From positions 1 through 62,789 of the forward strand of contig JAWOIQ010000025.1 of NCBI GenBank assembly GCA_046484585.1: a stretch of 62,789 nucleotides of DNA. The letters are read 5' to 3'. The DNA comes from Desulfurivibrionaceae bacterium (GTDB taxonomy: Bacteria > Desulfobacterota > Desulfobulbia > Desulfobulbales > JAGXFP01). Under the pieces are notes generated by a model, which was not told the origin of the DNA, made no database searches, and worked only from the letters and a program-made list of their open reading frames with translations. Positions 56,314 to 62,789 of the stretch are shown piece after piece. Both the position numbers and the translations under genes were made by a program. Positions within the stretch are counted from its first letter, which is position 1; each line of letters begins with the position of its first letter.

Positions 56314-57141
56314 TTACTGGGAAATTCTCATGCTGAAATCAACGGATGGCGCTGAATGGGTCAATGCCCCTGAAGAAATAATATCAACCCCGATTTGGGC
56401 AAGCGCTCTCAAATTCTTTTTGGTGATCATGCCTGAAACTTCAACCAGCGCACGGCCGGAAATCAACTTTACCGCTTCCCGTATCTGGTCATGATTCATA
56501 TTGTCCAGCATGATGACCTCCGCTCCGGAATTCAGTGCATCCCTTACCTGGTCCATGTCGGAAGTTTCAATCTCGATCCGGACAAGATGGGAAGTCATGC
56601 CTCGAATCCGCCTCACCGCCTCGGGGATTCCGCCGCATGCTGCGATATGATTGTCCTTGATCAGGACCCCATCGTATAGGCCTGTCCGATGGTTGAACGC
56701 GCCTCCTGTCCGAACCGCATACTTTTCAAGGATTCGCCATCCGGGAGTTGTTTTGCGGGTATCCACGAGACGAACCGGAAGGTCTCCCAACAAATCCACA
56801 TAGGACCGGACATGGGTGGCTATCCCGGATAAACGCTGAAGAAAATTCAACGCCGTCCGTTCACCCGTTAAAAGAGTTCTCAGGGAGCCTTTGATTTCAA
56901 GAATCGTCGTCCTGTCTTCTATGCGATCCCCATCTTCATGTTCCGAAACTAATTCAACATTGGAATCAAGAATTGTAAAAACCTGCTTCGCGACATCAAG
57001 CCCTGCAAGGATTAAAGGCTCTTTGGCAACGATGATGCCCCGGCCCTTCATCTCCTTTGGGATCAGGTTGTCGGTGGTTATATCTCCGGGACCGATGTCT
57101 TCCCGAAGAGCGAGATTGATCAAATGTCTGGTGCTATGCAT
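56314..57141 (-). CDS. nadC: nicotinate-nucleotide pyrophosphorylase (carboxylating), paralogue 2
   Basis: ERTALNFLQRLSGIAT, VDTRKTTPGWR and IMLDNM motifs. The stop TAA abuts the rhomboid ATG. Confidence 0.9.
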   Translation of the reverse strand: MHSTRHLINLALREDIGPGDITTDNLIPKEMKGRGIIVAKEPLILAGLDVAKQVFTILDSNVELVSEHEDGDRIEDRTTILEIKGSLRTLLTGERTALNFLQRLSGIATHVRSYVDLLGDLPVRLVDTRKTTPGWRILEKYAVRTGGAFNHRTGLYDGVLIKDNHIAACGGIPEAVRRIRGMTSHLVRIEIETSDMDQVRDALNSGAEVIMLDNMNHDQIREAVKLISGRALVEVSGMITKKNLRALAQIGVDIISSGALTHSAPSVDFSMRISQ

Positions 57142-57158
57142 GGCGGTTCACATTCGTC

Positions 57159-59819
57159 TTAACTGTTTTGAAGCCCCTTGATCCTTTCCAGGTTGGTCTC
57201 CAGTTTCTGCTGCTTTTCCCGAAGCTCATCGCTTCTTTCCCGCACTTTTTGAACGACATGTTCAGGGGCTTTATCAATAAACCCCTTATTCCCCAGTTTT
57301 TTCTCCAGGGTATCCAACTCCTGTTTCACTTTATTCATTTCCTTTTCAAGACGAACTTCCTCTTTTGAAAAGTCAATAACCCCTTCGAGCAAAACAAAAA
57401 CAGCGGCTCCGTCCACAAGAGAAGTGGCTGCGGATTTCGGGCGGTTTCCGGGCTTTGAAGTCTCGAAGGATTCAAGTTTCGCGAGGTTGATTATCAAATC
57501 CGAACAGGTATCCATCAGCAGCCGCTTTGCATCATCATCAGACTGTACCTTCACGGAAAGCGCCTTTGAAGGAGAGATGTTCATCTCTCCTCTGATGTTG
57601 CGTATACCGGTAATAATACCCGAAATCGTTTCCATTGTCGACTCTGCTTCCGGATCTTCATGCAGTGCCTCTCCATTTTCGCCTGGAAAAGCAGCCTTCA
57701 TGATGGAACCATCGGTTCCCGGAAGCTTATGCCAGATCTCTTCTGTAACAAATGGAATGAAGGGATGCAGCAGTATCAGCGTATCCCGAAGAACACGCCA
57801 GAGAACGGCTGATGTCGCGGCCTGTTGCTTTTCTCCTTTATTTCCATACAATATCGGCTTGACCGCTTCAAGATACCAGTCGCAGAATTCATGCCAGACA
57901 AACTTGTAAAGCGAACCGGCCGCTTCGTTATACCGGTAGTGGTCAAGGGAATCGGCAATCGATACCGTCAGTTTGCCGAGCCTTGAAAGAATCCATCTGT
58001 CCGGAAGTGAAATGTCATCCTTATCAAAATCATCCGGAACGGTCTTTAAATGCATCAGAGAAAACCGTGCGGCATTCCAGAGCTTGTTAATAAAATGCCT
58101 GTATCCTTCTACCCTGCTCTCGGACAGCTTGATATCCCGACCCATGGCCGCGAATGCCGCAAGCGTAAAACGAAACGCATCCGTGCCGTATTTATCGATC
58201 ACTTCAAGAGGGTCAATGACATTTCCCTTGGACTTGCTCATTTTCTTGCCCTGCTCGTCACGCACAAGCGCATGGACATATACGTCCCGGAACGGAACCT
58301 CCTTCATGAAATGAATTCCCATCATCATCATTCGCGCTACCCAGAAAAAAAGAATATCAAAACCGGTAATCAGAACAGAAGTGGGATAAAAAGTTTTCAG
58401 AAGCTGCGTCTCGTCCGGCCATCCCATGGTTGAAAAAGGCCAAAGGGCTGAACTGAACCAGGTGTCGAGCACATCCGTCTCCTGAACAAGATCCGTGCTT
58501 TTGCATGAGGGGCACTGGGTCGGCGCCTCGATTTCGACAACCACTTCATCGCACTGCAGGCATGTCCAGGCAGGAATCTGATGCCCCCACCAGATTTGCC
58601 TTGAAATACACCAATCCCTGATATTGAACATCCAGTCATTATAAGTTTTGGTCCAGGTTTCAGGGATAATCCTGGTTTTTCCTTCCTCTACAGCCCTGAT
58701 TGCTTTATCGGCAAGAGGTTTTGCCTTCACAAACCACTGTTTGGAAAGATTCGGTTCCACAATCGTTTTACATCGGTAGCATTGCCCGACGCTGTGATCA
58801 TGCTTTTCAATCTTTTCAAGCAACCCCTGTTCCTTGAGCGCCGCGACAACTGCTTTCCGGCATTCAAACCGTTCCAGTCCCTCATATTTCCCAGCATCCG
58901 CCGTCATTGTCCCATCATCACCAATCACTTTGACGGATTCCAGGCCATGACGCTCCCCGATATGGAAATCGTTGGGATCATGTGCCGGCGTCACTTTCAA
59001 CGCGCCTGTTCCAAAAGACATCTCAACATATTCATCCCGGATAACGGGAATCGCCCTTCCGGTTAAAGGCAGCATCACTTTTTCCGCACCAATATCGAAA
59101 TATCTTTCATCATCCGGATTGATTGCCACCGCTGTATCCCCGAGCATCGTTTCGGGACGGGTGGTTGCCACAACCAGACCGCCCGTTCTCCCCACAAAGG
59201 GATATTGAATATGGTACAGATGTCCTTCCTGTTCTTCATGATCCACTTCAAGATCAGAAAGCGCTGTCCGGCATCTGGGACACCAGTTGATGATATAGTT
59301 GCCGCGATAGATGAGGTTCTCTTTGTAAAGCTGAACAAATACTTTTCGGACTGCCCTGGAAAGGCCTTCATCCATTGTAAATCTTTCACGATCCCAGTCA
59401 CACGAAGCACCAAGCCGTTTGAGCTGGTTGATAATCGCGCTTCCGGACTCTTCCCGCCACTTCCAGACCTCCTTGATAAATTCCTCTCTTCCAAGCGTTT
59501 GTCGATCCGTACCCTGGTCGGCGAGCTTTCTCTCGACCACGTTCTGGGTTGCGATCCCGGCATGATCGGTTCCGGGCATCCACAGCACATTGTCTCCTCG
59601 AAGCCTTCTATAACGGCATAGTATATCCTGCATGGTATTGTTCAGGGCATGTCCCATATGAAGCACGCCGGTAACATTCGGGGGCGGGATAACGATGGAA
59701 TAACTCTTCTGATCACTTTTCTCATCCGCGGCAAACAGCCGGTTCTCCTCCCAGAAGGAATACCAGCGTTCTTCAACATCATGGGGTTCATAACCTTTAT
59801 CTATCAAACCGGAACTCAT
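57159..59819 (-). CDS. valS: valine--tRNA ligase
   Basis: PPPNVTGVLHMGHAL (HIGH) and KMSKSKGN (KMSKS) motifs, with a C-terminal coiled coil. 886 aa. Confidence 0.95.
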   Translation of the reverse strand: MSSGLIDKGYEPHDVEERWYSFWEENRLFAADEKSDQKSYSIVIPPPNVTGVLHMGHALNNTMQDILCRYRRLRGDNVLWMPGTDHAGIATQNVVERKLADQGTDRQTLGREEFIKEVWKWREESGSAIINQLKRLGASCDWDRERFTMDEGLSRAVRKVFVQLYKENLIYRGNYIINWCPRCRTALSDLEVDHEEQEGHLYHIQYPFVGRTGGLVVATTRPETMLGDTAVAINPDDERYFDIGAEKVMLPLTGRAIPVIRDEYVEMSFGTGALKVTPAHDPNDFHIGERHGLESVKVIGDDGTMTADAGKYEGLERFECRKAVVAALKEQGLLEKIEKHDHSVGQCYRCKTIVEPNLSKQWFVKAKPLADKAIRAVEEGKTRIIPETWTKTYNDWMFNIRDWCISRQIWWGHQIPAWTCLQCDEVVVEIEAPTQCPSCKSTDLVQETDVLDTWFSSALWPFSTMGWPDETQLLKTFYPTSVLITGFDILFFWVARMMMMGIHFMKEVPFRDVYVHALVRDEQGKKMSKSKGNVIDPLEVIDKYGTDAFRFTLAAFAAMGRDIKLSESRVEGYRHFINKLWNAARFSLMHLKTVPDDFDKDDISLPDRWILSRLGKLTVSIADSLDHYRYNEAAGSLYKFVWHEFCDWYLEAVKPILYGNKGEKQQAATSAVLWRVLRDTLILLHPFIPFVTEEIWHKLPGTDGSIMKAAFPGENGEALHEDPEAESTMETISGIITGIRNIRGEMNISPSKALSVKVQSDDDAKRLLMDTCSDLIINLAKLESFETSKPGNRPKSAATSLVDGAAVFVLLEGVIDFSKEEVRLEKEMNKVKQELDTLEKKLGNKGFIDKAPEHVVQKVRERSDELREKQQKLETNLERIKGLQNS

Positions 59820-60074
59820 CTTCTACCCTTTCAATGGCAAACATAATTTGAATATTTCAGCACCGTAGAACATTCCAGATTCTACATGACCGGAATGAGA
59901 ACTACCGCTAAACCTCAGGGACAAAAACTGAAAAAGGGATTATCGAATAATCCCCGGATTCACATCATCATTCTTTTTTTCAAAAGACTTTTAAAAATCC
60001 TGGTGGCAGACGTTTACAGGAAACGTCCATGCAGAGATTCAACCACGAAAAGAGATTCCGCCTGCTTAACGCGA

Positions 60075-61364
60075 TTATACTCCATGTTTTTTCGTATTTT
60101 TCAGCAGGGCCTCTTTAATTTTTTTAATCTCTTCTGAAACCGTTTTTTCAATCACCTCAACAAGAAGTCCTTCTATTTTATCGGAGAGCATCTCCCGTAC
60201 CACTCTTTCGATGGCCTTTTCCACCTGTGTCGGAGATATAGAACTATCGGCCTTCGGTACGATCTCCTTTTCCTTGACGATTGTATCACCCGGTCGAATT
60301 CTGGATTCAAACTTAAAATCAATCGGAGCGCCCTCTTTTCTCATGTCTTTCACTTTAACGGTCATGACGCCCTTGTGATCCAGCCTGGTCTCCATCCCGC
60401 GCTCATCAGAAGAATCCTCTTTTGAAATTTCAAGGGCGGAATCCAGTTCAAAATCAAGAGACTCCGCGAATTGATTTTCAATCTCACGACTCACTTCAGA
60501 ATCATCTTCTCCGGGTATTTCAATTTCGTCATCCGGCTCAAGCAGATCCTTTTCCGATTCCGAGAGTTCTTCTTCTTTCGCGTCAACTCTTGCTTCACGG
60601 TTTATTTCCTCAACCAGTTCAATCAGGTCTTCATCAACCTTGCCGGATATGGAAGGAATATCAGTTATTTCGGATACTTGAATTTCATCTCTTTCTTCGG
60701 TCTCATCAGGCTTTCCACTCGCCTTCGCATCCGGAGACGCCGTGGTATCGGTCAGATCGATGATCTCTTCTTCTTCAACCGTATCCGCCAGATCAAGGAT
60801 CTCTTCTTCCTCACCCGCGGACTCGATGGTATCCGTCAATTCGATGGTGGTTTCTTCTTCAAGCGCATCCATCAAGTCGACAGGCTCCTCTTCCGCATCC
60901 AGGAAGGCTGCGGTATCGGCCAGATCGATGATCTCTTCTTCTTCAACCGTATCCGTCAGTTCAAAGATCTCTTCCTCTTCACCCGCGGGCTCGACGGTAT
61001 CCGTCAATTCGATGGTGGTTTCTTCTTCAAGCGCGTCCATCAAGTCGACAGGCTCCTCTTCCGCATCCGGGAAGGCTGCGGTATCGGTCAGATCGATGAT
61101 CTCTTCTTCTTCAACCGTATCCATCAGTTCAAGGATCTCTTCCTCCTCACCCGCGGGCTCGACGGTATCCGTCAAGTCGATGGTAGCCTCTTCTTCAGCC
61201 TCATCTGTCAGATCAAAGATATCTTCAACCAGATCAGCGGATTCGACAACATCGGATAATTCGATAATGTCGTCTTCGACAGCATCCGTCAATTCGATAA
61301 TTTCATCATCATCTGGCAAATTTGAATCTTTTGTGTTCTTACCGGGTTCGTCCTTTTCAACCAT
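60075..61364 (-). CDS. hyperacidic tandem-repeat protein with a non-repetitive C-terminal domain
   Basis: 429 aa. About 18 copies of an (I/L)(D/E)L(T/M)D motif embedded in E/D runs. I recognise no family. Confidence 0.7.
   Translation of the reverse strand: MVEKDEPGKNTKDSNLPDDDEIIELTDAVEDDIIELSDVVESADLVEDIFDLTDEAEEEATIDLTDTVEPAGEEEEILELMDTVEEEEIIDLTDTAAFPDAEEEPVDLMDALEEETTIELTDTVEPAGEEEEIFELTDTVEEEEIIDLADTAAFLDAEEEPVDLMDALEEETTIELTDTIESAGEEEEILDLADTVEEEEIIDLTDTTASPDAKASGKPDETEERDEIQVSEITDIPSISGKVDEDLIELVEEINREARVDAKEEELSESEKDLLEPDDEIEIPGEDDSEVSREIENQFAESLDFELDSALEISKEDSSDERGMETRLDHKGVMTVKVKDMRKEGAPIDFKFESRIRPGDTIVKEKEIVPKADSSISPTQVEKAIERVVREMLSDKIEGLLVEVIEKTVSEEIKKIKEALLKNTKKHGV
60744..61195. 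repeat. 168-bp tandem repeat, about 2.7 copies (coding, 56-aa unit)
   Basis: GGTATCGG(T/C)CAGATCGATGATCTCTTCTTCTTCAACCGTATCC recurs at 60744, 60912 and 61080. Confidence 0.85.
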
Positions 61365-61765
61365 ATCAACCCCGCTTTTTTACGAATACCCACAAAAAAT
61401 AGTTTTTAAATCAATCAAGCCCTTATAATTTTTGGAAAATTAGCATACGCCATATCCTGTGTCAAGGCATTTGCTCTAATGCCATCCGACAGCAAAAAAA
61501 GTGTTTACATGGCTACGTAATCATAGTTTAAATACGATGGCTTTGTAAGAAGTCCAGGTCAGCACTAAAGGCTGCGCCGATTGGCTTGCAGCAACGCTCT
61601 TCGTGTCGGTAAAGCGTCAGTCAAAGGCACGAGCAGACTGTCTGCACCTGAACTTTTTTCTTTGCCGTCAACATTTTGGCTTTTTACGAGACGGTAAGCT
61701 ATACCAATACCCTTTTTCGAATAAACAATCATTCGGATTTTTCGTTTACCTTCAACGGTATCATT

Positions 61766-62536
61766 ATGCGCCGGTTTTTTATTCAAAAAAAAGACATAAC
61801 CGAATCATTCGCGACCATAACCGGATCAGATGCGACGCACATGCAAAAAGTTCTGCGGCTGACAAAAGGTCAACGAATCGAACTGCTTGACGAGTCAGGG
61901 GTTGGATACAGCGCTGAGATCACCCATGTTTCAGCTGAAGCGGTTGATGTCACCATTCTGGGTATGACAGATTCAGAAACAGAATCGCCGATCCGGCTGA
62001 TTGTCGCGCAGGCATTTTTAAAAGACCGAAAAATGGATACGCTTGTCCGCCAGTTGACGGAACTGGGTGTCTCCTTTTTTTTCCCTTTTATGGCAAAACG
62101 CTCCATTGCGCGCCCGGACAGGCAGCGGCTTGCCACAAGGATGGAGAGGTGGAAAAAAATCGCCAAAGAGTCTGTAAAACAATGCAGAAGAAATCGTGTT
62201 CCGGAAATCGGCCCTGCATTGTCCTTTAAGGAAACCCTTGATTTCGGAAAACAGTGCAACCTGCGTATCGTTCTTTGGGAAAATGCCCTAATTCCCTTGA
62301 ATCATAAAATGACGCACCATGGCACTCAAAAAAAAACAATATTGCTTATGCTGGGCCCGGAAGGCGGTTTTTCCTTTCAGGAGATCGAAAAAGCAGAAGA
62401 AGCCGGATTTGCGGTCGCATCCCTTGGGCCCCGAATACTCAAGGCAGAGACCGCGCCGATCGCTGCATGCACCATCATTCAATATCTGTTTGGCGATTTG
62501 GGGATAAACAATAAATTTCTTGACAAACAACCCTGA
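61766..62536 (+). CDS. rsmE: 16S rRNA (uracil1498-N3)-methyltransferase RsmE
   Basis: MRRFFI N-terminus and C-terminal GPEGGFSFQEIE...LGPRILKAETA motifs. Confidence 0.85.
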   Translation: MRRFFIQKKDITESFATITGSDATHMQKVLRLTKGQRIELLDESGVGYSAEITHVSAEAVDVTILGMTDSETESPIRLIVAQAFLKDRKMDTLVRQLTELGVSFFFPFMAKRSIARPDRQRLATRMERWKKIAKESVKQCRRNRVPEIGPALSFKETLDFGKQCNLRIVLWENALIPLNHKMTHHGTQKKTILLMLGPEGGFSFQEIEKAEEAGFAVASLGPRILKAETAPIAACTIIQYLFGDLGINNKFLDKQP

Positions 62537-62568
62537 CTTCATTAATAACAGCACTTGCTTTCGGTAAG

Positions 62569-62644
62569 CCGAGGTAGCTCAGTCGGTAGAGCAGGGGACT
62601 GAAAATCCCCGTGTCGGCAGTTCGATTCTGTCCCTCGGCACCAG
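62569..62644 (+). tRNA. tRNA-Phe (anticodon GAA), CCA encoded
   Basis: GCCGAGGTAGCTCAGTCGGTAGAGCAGGGGACTGAAAATCCCCGTGTCGGCAGTTCGATTCTGTCCCTCGGCACCA. Confidence 0.95.
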
Positions 62645-62652
62645 CAAAAAAA

Positions 62653-62689
62653 GGGTTTTACAGAGATGGTTTCTGTAAACCCTTTTTTT
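62653..62689 (+). terminator. intrinsic terminator after tRNA-Phe
   Basis: A GGGTTTTACAGA...TTCTGTAAACCC stem is followed by TTTTTTT. Confidence 0.8.
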
Positions 62690-62789
62690 GTGGGGTTTTA
62701 TCTGTCTATACGCTTAAAAGCTTACCCGGAATGCGTTTGACAGAGGAATCATTTATTTCTGCGTCCTGGGGAATAAATACATCAGACAT

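Noticed and set aside
60744-61195. Considered as a CRISPR-like or satellite array
   Set aside because: The 168-bp units are directly contiguous with no unique spacers. They are in frame inside a long ORF and have no cas context, so this is a coding tandem repeat.
60471-61428. Plus-strand ORFs of 262 and 228 aa with Ser/Phe-rich repeats
   Set aside because: They are reverse-frame readings of the acidic repeat gene. The minus-strand frame continues into a non-repetitive domain and has a sensible start.

Overview
This 62.8-kb window looks like chromosomal DNA from an anaerobic, sulfate-reducer-like Desulfobacterota (deltaproteobacterial) organism. That assignment is inferred from gene content only: a DsrC-like protein, rubredoxin, 2-oxoacid:ferredoxin oxidoreductase, a COG1900 homocysteine enzyme and selenoproteins. 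Most of the window is housekeeping: hup, pheA, moaA, tsaD-rsmA, xerC-hslVU, xseB-ispA-dxs, skp, pal, an alpha-glucan phosphorylase, yggS, tatD, coaBC, ppsR, korAB-type OFOR, a compact topo-IV-like parE/parC pair, pepF, a TatT+DctPQM TRAP transporter, DJ-1, two nadC paralogues, a Kef-type antiporter, usp, valS, rsmE, tRNA-Pro and tRNA-Phe.

The ORF track leaves four things unexplained.
1. Two selenoprotein genes with in-frame TGA are missing or truncated in the track: a SelW/Rdx-like CxxU protein and a DsbA/FrnE-like UxxC protein. A 51-aa rubredoxin is also missing.
2. At least three families of non-coding MITE-like repeats occupy most intergenic gaps in the first 50 kb. Family A has GTAACCGTTCA termini and perfect 8-bp target-site duplications. 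Family B has CCTGAATCCGTGA termini and 5-bp duplications. Family C has TCGCAAAAAGTC termini. Several copies sit inside operon junctions or overlap stop codons.
3. None of these repeats occurs after about 50.2 kb. Base composition also appears to drop there, and a second intact nadC lies in that part.
4. Several proteins have unusual architectures: a DsrC-like protein without the canonical Cys arm, a RelE-like toxin with a zinc-ribbon insert, a hyperacidic tandem-repeat protein, and a rhomboid-DnaJ_C fusion.

I found no CRISPR array, rRNA, prophage or clear-cut novel multi-gene defence-type system. The strongest new signals are the recoded selenoprotein genes and the MITE families. All family assignments come from reading the translations by eye. 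No database search was run.
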